This document shows, piece after piece, positions 9,401 to 14,888 of a DNA stretch of 20,811 nt. The notes beneath the pieces were generated by a model, which was not told the origin of the DNA, ran no database searches, and saw only the letters and a list, made by a program, of their open reading frames with translations. Position numbers and translations under genes: made by a program. Location of the stretch: positions 1-20,811 of the forward strand of contig JAHDBM010000049.1 in assembly GCA_020630395.1 (NCBI GenBank), in the 5' to 3' direction. Source of the DNA: Flavobacteriales bacterium. GTDB taxonomy: Bacteria > Bacteroidota > Bacteroidia > Flavobacteriales_D > CAJJDF01. Numbering within the stretch: position 1 is the stretch's first letter; each line of letters begins with the position of its first letter.

Positions 9401-10679
9401 GAAATAAATTTTTGTTTTCGGCAACATCAGTTGGGTTGTTCAATAAATTAATATCATCATCATGGGTATATTCGTATGCTAAAATATATTCTTTACAAAA
9501 TGAATTATTACCACTATTAGCTGATGCACCAATGTTTTTAGTAATAATTTTATTTAGTTCTCTAGGTATATCGTATGGTGTATAAGGTATAAAGTTTGAT
9601 GCATGGTTACCCCATCTATCTATGTCTTCACGAGCATTTTCATATTCAAATTCAATAATGTCAAGGTCACTTTCAATTTTTTGTAATCGAACTCCTTTAA
9701 TAAGGTTTACATCATAATTATGTCTAGCACCATAATCTTCTATACGATAAGAAAATCTTGTGCTACTTGTATTAGCAGCAACTGATCCATTTACCCCATA
9801 AATACTGGTAGGGCTTCTTTCTTTTACCCCATTAAGATTTCTTGAATCATCAGTTATTGATTCGTCAATTTCATAATTTTTGAATCGAAAAGTATTTCTT
9901 GCAGGCGTTTTTACTAAATAAGATTCTTGTTCATAATAAAAGTTTAGATTATAGTCTAAATTATAATCTTGCATAGCAAGCAAGTGCCAACTTGTAATGA
10001 TTGTGTCTTTTATTATTCTATTTCTATTTTTAACGGTATTTCCATTTTGGTCTATAGTATATTCATATTGTTCTGTTGAGCTTGTTTCAATTGCATATCT
10101 TCCTGCAAACCTTCCAAAAAAGTAGTTGGTTCCATCAACATCAATAAGAGTAAAGCCAATTATTTTTCCATTTTCTCTAAATCTACTTATTCTTATATCA
10201 CTTCTTGGAATACAGTGGGCGTGTCCATTCTTATCAAAATAAAATTTACCAGACAACCCGTTTACATTAAAGCTGTACATATCTGGCTCAAGATCTTTGT
10301 TAATATGGGTAGCTTCATGATCTGAGTCATCATCAAGATCAAATACTAAGTTATTTTGATATCCTGTTAGGCCTTCGTCATCTGGTTTATCTTGTACTTC
10401 TCGTGATATTACTCCTCCAGCTATAAGTGACCAACCTTTTCCAACCATTGATGCAGGAGTGTTAACAATTAAGTTTCCTTGGTGGTAAGATAAACCAACA
10501 GATGTAGCTAATGAGCCTTCTTTAACAGATCCAATTGGAATACTTATGTTTGGACTTCCTGTATATTGACTAACAGGACTATTACCATATGTTCCCAAGC
10601 TAGCTGCCGAAGGAGATGCTTGAGAAAGAAATTGATTAATAGTGATTATAAAACTTAAAATTAAAAGAGTAGACTTCAT
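3489..10679 (-). CDS. RHS/YD-repeat polymorphic toxin (2396 aa): N-terminal signal peptide, C-terminal variable toxin region after the DPxGL motif
   Basis: Signal peptide MKSTLLILSFIITINQFLSQA. Dozens of YD-type repeats (YVYDFAGNII, YSYDDQGNLERL, LYDLDGNITYD…). RHS core end …RYRTYDPSMARWYQVDP…NPAMYADPQGDLG at ~nt 4598-4633. Downstream of that come a Gly/Ala/Ser-rich hydrophobic segment and a ~230-aa domain I cannot assign. Confidence 0.9.
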   Translation of the reverse strand: MKSTLLILSFIITINQFLSQASPSAASLGTYGNSPVSQYTGSPNISIPIGSVKEGSLATSVGLSYHQGNLIVNTPASMVGKGWSLIAGGVISREVQDKPDDEGLTGYQNNLVFDLDDDSDHEATHINKDLEPDMYSFNVNGLSGKFYFDKNGHAHCIPRSDIRISRFRENGKIIGFTLIDVDGTNYFFGRFAGRYAIETSSTEQYEYTIDQNGNTVKNRNRIIKDTIITSWHLLAMQDYNLDYNLNFYYEQESYLVKTPARNTFRFKNYEIDESITDDSRNLNGVKERSPTSIYGVNGSVAANTSSTRFSYRIEDYGARHNYDVNLIKGVRLQKIESDLDIIEFEYENAREDIDRWGNHASNFIPYTPYDIPRELNKIITKNIGASANSGNNSFCKEYILAYEYTHDDDINLLNNPTDVAENKNLFLKSIQEVSCDQSIQMPPYELTYHFPDSSNDNEPYFPSRLSKATDEMGYYNGASLNNYRSDNIPSRTERLVDPVTNQVIVKHKGGANRSANEEKAKYGVLTKVQYPTGGSTSYDWEGHRYSFLELSNFYTRFLLEGCEYGELACCNELEDEATYTFSSMEELRNSTFTVNLAINHFINDGGNGGHLTPVGGNDPIDNNHNNTGSPYDLEDFTIEGCNDPTIDGRANMTIEIFETATNDLALTRSFNIQNHETYSGNITFPIKEEDGTSPLQGLTANVNYKFKVTIEGGPGSLKLKTPSIVPDPNKLAPGLRIKRITVEDGIEETDNDIITEFEYTVGNSTESSGERLFEPIFSMNINKFDYAQREVPNSSSWNLHHRDDGVNLPTWARDAYFQRIYFSDQSFMPLSGYNGTPIAYTEVKEVHLPRNGKTIYKFKQEMQDWVTPNEHKFPFTPPIFNPFTGQVSEIIMVDAFNNEVAKTTYTPYDSYWNLHSTEKLYKIGEIVSFRRDNGGFGTHKVNLISCSEYYIKDGYYQLQTIESIKDGVDVRTDYYYNTINPHIAPEAKVTTNSNGNRREEEYSYAFDLVDDSTLADEVLLALNLQNIPLKTEVFKRVNGEKIQTGGVKTKFELFDENGVMNTASYHPLVDVYGIIDYRHMLNTQSLFMPKLYPHVGYKFLGTQNVEDDYTGSWIPTDTLVQYGDGNILRTKKPGWGEQVMTYEDHKLISTSFNGNTSYSDYYPNTRLVSKITSISGEEIDFVYDQFGRLITKTEARGNIITTHSYHMGDIKNDDYPYTRTNVSYTQIPENPVADKAARNYFDGIGRVIVAVDENASVNGLDLVNITHYDEVGKDIFQYQEFEGGNNGQFQLFPDPAIAKYTQYVYELSPLGRLMEVTPPQGEPTYYSYGHNLSTDNVKNLDNGGFFPEGKLFKTTVITPEGKKTITFNDVEGKTVLARTTYQTVNDHLDAYTQYDHKARIIKVIPPSVSTSNTNSVFLKKYDGQGNLIELKSPDKGIVKFRYNSLNQLVAKQTSKLNSLNKWNVFEYDTKGRLIRSGDIDLNGEPNVENLLATNIWNETFYSNSGTSINKVVRQETAMFNGFQLTSNRLVTINDYDTYGRLLRVEKDNHLGGSKVTDNYVYDFAGNIISWRVTQRKTANANPVVIENETAYTPQGIATDAYQTINGHTEHLSHNTFNADGTISQSQNGVNNNGALQTIDYTYEKNHLVGINANPTADDIFSLSFIYETNNTSLTGVNTYRDGKLSAIRWKHRNESWKNYDYGYDYIGRLTEAIYSEGNGNQSVGLYDCSYSYDDQGNLERLIRYGVGYNNIVQGYNRVKVDDLYYMYENNYYNRLERIREYNYSPIYTHHSPGYESKNQYSWNGNEKYLYDLDGNITYDPSRQINILYNYFDLPYEIEKSDQTGKIQWLFDANGSRLQKTVTHNGSITEVTDYIGSFIYTNNDETINGGFYRVNNIHSTPRYDYYIQDHLGNTRAVYSDLNDNGSIEDNEILQATDYYPYGMQHFNIRTSLNNTNASNGHENNYLYNGIEYEFSFDLNLGFTRYRTYDPSMARWYQVDPKGYAVAAYSPYVSMNNNPAMYADPQGDLGIIAAIGIGAVISGIVQGISNHKQGGSFATGFIAGAIVGGVTSAATSGIGSAIGATGSAGKELLRAGAHGMVGGFGSIMQGGSFGSGFLTSVVSSGFGSLTDNASALEAYAAGAASGGITSVISGGNFFAGAGKGLVITALNHRSHNDPPCPDCPISAYQEDHAPEIVRGDDGVYYQMSTVTNVIIHKPAFNRWDYITQTMAWTGHSLNFFSGQLIKDGKWRSLVDGKWRRNKLNGSSWGKYGARGHTVILQNKVNKVANGLGKAGTAIGVLDDLNQYRQGRQSGFVTSIKVGVALISEGKHPYAKALGLGWDIAEAASHTEWYQNWKSSTLIPFAEKVGLRDKPLPPIVPTRPAPAGTPLGYIMTNNY

Positions 10680-10703
10680 TTTTTTCTTTTTATAAAATGT
10701 TTA

Positions 10704-11864
10704 TTAGTTGTTTTTGATAAATTTTGAAGTAATAATTTGTTGATTAACATTTACTTCAATGGTGTATATTCCTCCAGAAAGTGATTCAAGGTTTAAGAAT
10801 TTTGTTCTACCTTTTATTGATGTCTCTAGCTTAGTTTTTCCTTGTGCATCTATTACTTTTATAGAAAAATCTTCCATTAATTCTTCTGAAAGCGTAACAG
10901 TAATATTATCTATAGTTGGGTTTGGGGATACAGCAATATTTATATTAGGGTAATAATTCTCGTCATAAATATCTATTGGTTCTGCATCACAATCAATATT
11001 TTTATTTCTTAGTATTTTACTCTTTGTAATTAAGTTTGCGGCTAATATTCTTCTAATTTGGCCATGAGTAAAACTATATAAACACTTATCATTAGTGTTA
11101 TCCATGTAGTTAAAGTAAAGCTCTAGTTTTCCGTCTATTGTATTAACATGTCCGTCTGCAGGGCATTCGTCATTTGGGTCATTATGTAGAGGCGTGTCAT
11201 ATACTTTATCATCTTTTCCATTTTGATACCATAAATCATATAAACCCATAGAATTTCCTAGTAAGTGGATAAGTGTAGCACCTTCATTATAGCGTTTAAA
11301 CTTTGCTACCTCTTGCATACCAAAAAAACTTCTATTAATTGTTACATGAGTGTTTTCTATTTTCATCCATGGCATTAAAGACCAACCAGCAATTGTATCA
11401 TTAAGAGGTAGTATTGTAACAATTAGGAACTCATTAGGTTTCCAAAAAGCAGTGTCGAACCTTTGTAAAATGAATTTTGAGTATTCAATGCCTAATTTGT
11501 TGTTTTTTTTGGCTAAACAAAACGTTATGCTTGGCAATCCATCAATTTGAAAAGCTTCATTAACTTTATTTAATTGATCTAGTATATTGGTATGAGTTAA
11601 TTTGTTTTTTTCAGCTCCATAAACTTGATGAAATACAACTGGAATTGTTTGATCTTTTATTGCACCTCTAAAGATGTAGTTCTCAATTTTTTGCTCAATT
11701 TGATTTTTTGTTTTTTTTATTGAATCATTTTTTAATTGTTCAGATTCCTTTTTTTGCGTTTCATAATTTCTGGGAACAATAGCACTTTGAGCATAACCTA
11801 AAGTAGATTCTAACATTAGTAGAATATAGGTTAAACAACATAATATCATTTTTTTTGATTGCAT
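10704..11864 (-). CDS. T9SS-sorted M43 (cytophagalysin/pappalysin)-like protein with degenerate zinc-binding motif (probable pseudo-peptidase)
   Basis: Signal peptide. M43-type motifs VYDTP…C…NYMDNTNDKC…FTHGQIRRI. In place of HExxHxxGxxH it has HLLGNSMGLYD, which lacks the catalytic Glu and the second and third His. C-terminal T9SS CTD (IAVSPNPTIDNITVTL…GGIYTIEV). It sits 24 nt upstream of the RHS gene on the same strand. Confidence 0.6.
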   Translation of the reverse strand: MQSKKMILCCLTYILLMLESTLGYAQSAIVPRNYETQKKESEQLKNDSIKKTKNQIEQKIENYIFRGAIKDQTIPVVFHQVYGAEKNKLTHTNILDQLNKVNEAFQIDGLPSITFCLAKKNNKLGIEYSKFILQRFDTAFWKPNEFLIVTILPLNDTIAGWSLMPWMKIENTHVTINRSFFGMQEVAKFKRYNEGATLIHLLGNSMGLYDLWYQNGKDDKVYDTPLHNDPNDECPADGHVNTIDGKLELYFNYMDNTNDKCLYSFTHGQIRRILAANLITKSKILRNKNIDCDAEPIDIYDENYYPNINIAVSPNPTIDNITVTLSEELMEDFSIKVIDAQGKTKLETSIKGRTKFLNLESLSGGIYTIEVNVNQQIITSKFIKNN

Positions 11865-12028
11865 GGTTAGGTTTTTTGATCTAATTTATTTGCAAAGGTA
11901 TAAAATTAGTTCTCACAACCTATGCTTATAACAAAAAAGTTTTGTTTTTAACAATTTGTTATTTTTAAATCTTATTTTTTTAATAAGATCCTAAATGGGA
12001 ATATTAGAATAATTTTTATAACTAAAAG

Positions 12029-12099
12029 GGTGTCTTCGGGGATCGACCCCTGTTCTCTTGCTTCACAGGTAAGCACTTTACCGAATAAGCTAAAGACAC
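12029..12099 (-). tRNA. tRNA-His(GTG)-like, atypical (6-nt T-loop, no encoded G-1)
   Basis: Minus-strand read: GTGTCTT-TA-GCTT-ATTCGGTA-AAGT-G-CTTAC-CUGUGAA-GCAAG-AGAA-CAGGG-GTCGAT-CCCCG-AAGACAC-C. Perfect 7-bp acceptor stem, U33 and A37 present, anticodon GTG, discriminator C73 (the His identity element). The T-loop is one nt short. Confidence 0.5.
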
Positions 12100-12108
12100 T
12101 ATAAAAAA

Positions 12109-12179
12109 TTGCCCCGACAGGGATCGAACCTGTAGTACAAGGCTCAAAATCTTGGGTGTTGCCGTTACACTACGGGGCA
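12109..12179 (-). tRNA. tRNA-Gln(TTG)
   Basis: Minus-strand read: TGCCCCG-TA-GTGT-AACGGCA-ACAC-C-CAAGA-UUUUGAG-CCTTG-TACT-ACAGG-TTCGATC-CCTGT-CGGGGCA-A. Perfect acceptor stem with U1-A72 (typical of Gln). D-arm and T-arm are canonical. Anticodon UUG. One A31·C39 mismatch. Confidence 0.75.
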
Positions 12180-12438
12180 TTTTAAATTCCTATCCAGATT
12201 CGAATTGGGACTGTAGAGTTTAAGTCTACTATCTCTGCCAATTGGATTAGAGGGACATTGTTGTAATCAGAGCGGGTTAAACAGCTAGCTTTTTATTAGC
12301 TTAAAAGATTTATCTGCTTATTTAGGAATTTCACAAGTTACATTGAGTAGAATTCGGGCTGAAATCTAATTTTTTAACATATGTAAAATTTATTGTGACT
12401 TTTTAGTCTTTCATTTGTAGTAGCTAAACTTATACAAT

Positions 12439-12849
12439 ATGAAATCACTTAATAAGAAACAAATTGGATGCTATGCTATGTTTATATTAATGATACTTTC
12501 CGCATCTTTTAAAATTCTACGTTATGGGCCATCTGTACATTTTTATGTTTATCCTTTACCAGATATAATGTTAAACTCTGTTGGATATATAGAGCTTATT
12601 TGTGGAATTTTATATCTCATTGGAGTTAAAAAAGTATCATTTAGAGTTTATGGAGGCATAATTGTAATACCTCTATTGATTGGAGCTGTTGGCTCTCATA
12701 TTGCGTTTGGATGGTTCAATTTGTTTGATGGAATAAGTGAACCTTTTCACTTTACTTTACCATCATTTATTATTTTATGTCTTGCCATTTGGATTTCACA
12801 TAAACCTATTGTAAAATTTGTGAAGTCAGGCTTTAAAATGGTTGAATAG
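12439..12849 (+). CDS. Small polytopic membrane protein, DoxX-like
   Basis: 136-aa ORF with 4 predicted hydrophobic helices. The …GYIELICGILYLIG… segment resembles DoxX-family proteins. Confidence 0.45.
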   Translation: MKSLNKKQIGCYAMFILMILSASFKILRYGPSVHFYVYPLPDIMLNSVGYIELICGILYLIGVKKVSFRVYGGIIVIPLLIGAVGSHIAFGWFNLFDGISEPFHFTLPSFIILCLAIWISHKPIVKFVKSGFKMVE

Positions 12850-12897
12850 AAAGGAGAACCCTTTTGGTTTGTATGGCTTTTTATTAAATAAAAAAAG

Positions 12898-12972
12898 TAC
12901 AGAAGGAGAGACTCGAACTCTCAAAAACCTGATTCTAAGACAGGCGCGTATGCCAAATTCCGTCACTTCTGC
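12898..12972 (-). tRNA. tRNA-Leu(TAG)-like with Leu-type D-arm and A73 but only a 5-nt variable loop (atypical)
   Basis: Minus-strand read: GCAGAAG-TG-ACGGAATTTGGCATACGC-G-CCTGT-CUUAGAA-TCAGG-TTTTT-GAGAG-TTCGAGT-CTCTC-CTTCTGT-A. 75 nt. The D-arm closely resembles bacterial tRNA-Leu (…CGGAATTGGTAGACGCGC). Anticodon UAG. The long variable arm expected for Leu is absent. Confidence 0.5.
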
Positions 12973-13027
12973 ATGTGTTAAGATGCTGTTCTTTATTTAC
13001 TATTACATTTGTTCAGTCCATATTAAT

Positions 13028-13050
13028 TGAATGCTTAGCATTCCGAATCC
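13028..13050. repeat. Hairpin-containing ~23-nt motif, copy 1 (TGAATGCTTAGCATTCCGAATCC)
   Basis: GAATGC-TTA-GCATTC perfect 6-bp hairpin followed by CGAATCC. 20 of 23 positions match the copy at 13731-13752. Confidence 0.4.
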
Positions 13051-13107
13051 TTATCTTCCGATAGAAAGTCGGATGCAGGATCCATTATGCTAATGGAGCC
13101 TTTTTTG

Positions 13108-13179
13108 TATGGGAAACAGGATTCGAACCTGCAACCTCCCGCGTCCAAGGCGGGTAAACAGCCTTCGTTATCTTCCCAT
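13108..13179 (-). tRNA. tRNA-Pro(TGG), copy 1
   Basis: Minus-strand read: ATGGGAA-GA-TAAC-GAAGGCT-GTTT-A-CCCGC-CUUGGAC-GCGGG-AGGTT-GCAGG-TTCGAAT-CCTGT-TTCCCAT-A. Perfect acceptor and anticodon stems, anticodon UGG, discriminator A73. Position 8 is G, which is unusual. Confidence 0.75.
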
Positions 13180-13204
13180 ATATAAATACTCACAGTATTT
13201 TTTG

Positions 13205-13276
13205 TAGAAATAGCAAGAATCGAACTCTCACCTTTGGGTTCGTAACCCAATATTCTATCCGTTAAACTATATTTCT
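13205..13276 (-). tRNA. tRNA-Arg(ACG)
   Basis: Minus-strand read: AGAAATA-TA-GTTT-AACGGATA-GAAT-A-TTGGG-UUACGAA-CCCAA-AGGT-GAGAG-TTCGATT-CTTGC-TATTTCT-A. Perfect acceptor and anticodon stems, anticodon ACG. One T-stem mismatch. Confidence 0.75.
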
Positions 13277-13364
13277 ATTTTGTCTGAGAAGCAGGATTGA
13301 CATAGTCTTTCCTGCAATTGCTCAGCCCGAACCAAATTTAAGTAAACTTGTTTTGGTTTCTTCG

Positions 13365-13436
13365 TCTGAGAAGTAGGATTCGAACCTGCGACCTCTCGCG
13401 TCCAAGGCGAGTAAACAACCTCCGTTATCTTCTCAG
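13365..13436 (-). tRNA. tRNA-Pro(TGG), copy 2 (paralog of copy 1)
   Basis: Minus-strand read: CTGAGAA-GA-TAAC-GGAGGTT-GTTT-A-CTCGC-CUUGGAC-GCGAG-AGGTC-GCAGG-TTCGAAT-CCTAC-TTCTCAG-A. Same architecture as copy 1 with a different acceptor stem (G72 here). Anticodon UGG, A73. Confidence 0.75.
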
Positions 13437-13526
13437 TTGAGTAGTGCCGATCCAGTAGATAGGACAATTAAATTAAGAGACAGTTAATCTAAATCAATAG
13501 GATATTATTGCGGCACTTGTAAAAAG

Positions 13527-13597
13527 TAGGAATAGCAAGAATCGAACATGCAGCTTTGGAGCTCTCCCCCAATGTTTTGCCATTAAACTATATTCCC
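13527..13597 (-). pseudogene. tRNA-like paralog of tRNA-Arg(ACG) with non-canonical anticodon loop GGAGAGC (no U33)
   Basis: Minus-strand read: GGGAATA-TA-GTTT-AATGGCA-AAAC-A-TTGGG-GGAGAGC-TCCAA-AGCT-GCATG-TTCGATT-CTTGC-TATTCCT-A. It aligns position by position with the Arg tRNA at 13205-13276. The anticodon loop lacks U33; a nominal anticodon would be AGA. Confidence 0.45.
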
Positions 13598-13730
13598 ATG
13601 TAATATGTTCCAACATTTTTTCTGTCAGTTCGAGTGATTTTTGCGAACAGCTAAAATTATATCGAGAACAAAAAAACAAGTGGAAGCAGTAGGATTAGTT
13701 CACTAATGTGTATATTTTAATTGTGTTCAC

Positions 13731-13752
13731 TGAATGCTTCGCATTTCGAACC
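13731..13752. repeat. Hairpin-containing motif, copy 2 (TGAATGCTTCGCATTTCGAACC)
   Basis: Near-identical to 13028-13050. Both copies sit in spacers of the tRNA array. Confidence 0.4.
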
Positions 13753-13874
13753 TACAGGTTCCGAAGAAACCAGATTTTACTTCATTAACGTGTTTATATT
13801 TAAAGGTATTCAGTGAATTCGCCAGCTCATTTCAGTCTGGCTAGCCAACCAATTGCTCAATACTTCCATAAAAG

Positions 13875-13947
13875 AGACAAGAGTGAGATTCGAACTTACA
13901 CAAAACAGGTTTGCAGTCTGTTGCCTTAGCCGTTCAGCCATCTTGTC
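13875..13947 (-). tRNA. tRNA-Cys(GCA)
   Basis: Minus-strand read: GACAAGA-TG-GCTG-AACGGCTA-AGGC-A-ACAGA-CUGCAAA-CCTGT-TTTGT-GTAAG-TTCGAAT-CTCAC-TCTTGTC-U. Perfect acceptor stem. U33 and A37 present. Anticodon GCA, discriminator U73 (the Cys identity element). Confidence 0.75.
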
Positions 13948-13953
13948 TTTATG

Positions 13954-14040
13954 CGGAAAGAGTGGGAGTCGAACCCACACGAGTCATTATCTCCGAACAG
14001 TTTTCAAAACTGTGGCCACCACCAATTGGCTTGCCTTTCC
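13954..14040 (-). tRNA. tRNA-Ser(TGA), type II with long variable arm
   Basis: Minus-strand read: GGAAAGG-CAA-GCC-AATTGGTGGT-GGC-C-ACAGT-UUUGAAA-ACTGT-(TCGGAGATAATGACTCGT)-GTGGG-TTCGACT-CCCAC-TCTTTCC-G. Ser-type D-arm with GG. Anticodon UGA, G73. One extra nt between acceptor and D-stem (or an 8-bp acceptor). Confidence 0.7.
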
Positions 14041-14078
14041 GTTTTTTATTTTTATCAATAAGTCAAAGTTTGAGACAC

Positions 14079-14110
14079 AAAAAAAGCGTCTCGGTAAGGA
14101 GACGCTTTAT
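14079..14110 (-). terminator. Intrinsic terminator (strong in minus orientation) upstream of the tRNA array
   Basis: AGCGTCTC-ggtaag-GAGACGCT 8-bp stem (14085-14106). In minus-strand sense it is followed by TTTTTTT. It would block read-through into the tRNA array from higher coordinates. Confidence 0.5.
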
Positions 14111-14519
14111 AATTATTGATAGATATCAATAGATCATAAAAGGCAATTCTCCTGGTTATATATTTTCTGCGAAGAGGGATAACATAATCGTAATGCTTCT
14201 AGCTGAAGACTCGGGAGTATATACCCAAGTGTTTCTATAATTTGTTTGTTATTTAATTTAAAATGTTTCATGTGTATAATGCTATACATATTTATTGTTT
14301 TCGCTCTGCAAATATCAAAATCATTTTTTTAAAAAACAAATAAAAAATCAATTTATTTTATTGATAATCAAATATTTAAGCTAAAATATAGACGGTTTTC
14401 TCCCTGTCCACCTATTGGTAGATATTACATGTTTTTACAATCGACTGTCTCTCAATTATTTCTTGTTTCAAATGCTATTTTTTAGTTTCTTATTTCATCA
14501 GTTGTTTTTAGTAAAAAAA

Positions 14520-14560
14520 AATCAAAAAAAAAGCGTCCAATATATTGGACGCTTCGCTTT
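14520..14560. terminator. Perfect 22-nt palindrome hairpin flanked by A-run and T-rich tract (terminator-like in both directions)
   Basis: AGCGTCCAATA|TATTGGACGCT (14532-14553). Preceded by AAAAAAAAATCAAAAAAAAA, followed by TCGCTTTTAGTTT. Confidence 0.45.
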
Positions 14561-14888
14561 TAGTTTAAAAATGGATATAAAATCAGTTCATATTTTCGCA
14601 TAAAGTTACATATCGTCCTTGTTTATCAACATAATTCGATTGATAAGCACTCGGTCGAAGCTCAAGGCAAAAAAGAATATGTAAACTGTTTCTAGTCATT
14701 ATTATACAAAGGTATATAAAATAATTTACTGAATGATGATTTCTTTTATCTCACGAATATCTATTTAAACATGACGAATATCTATTCAATTTAAACAGAA
14801 ATAGACTACCTCTTTACTAGTGCTATGTTCTACAGTAGTTTTAGACATAAGTTTTTTAAAATTAAAGTTTAATATAAACCATTATAAT

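Noticed and set aside
12842-14132. Six short ORFs in the supplied track (12842..13030 +, 13035..13250 -, 13267..13467 -, 13494..13679 -, 13853..14119 +, 13911..14132 +)
   Set aside because: Each overlaps one or more of the hand-identified tRNA genes, or their spacers and the flanking terminator. Their compositions look like non-coding read-through. They are treated as spurious.
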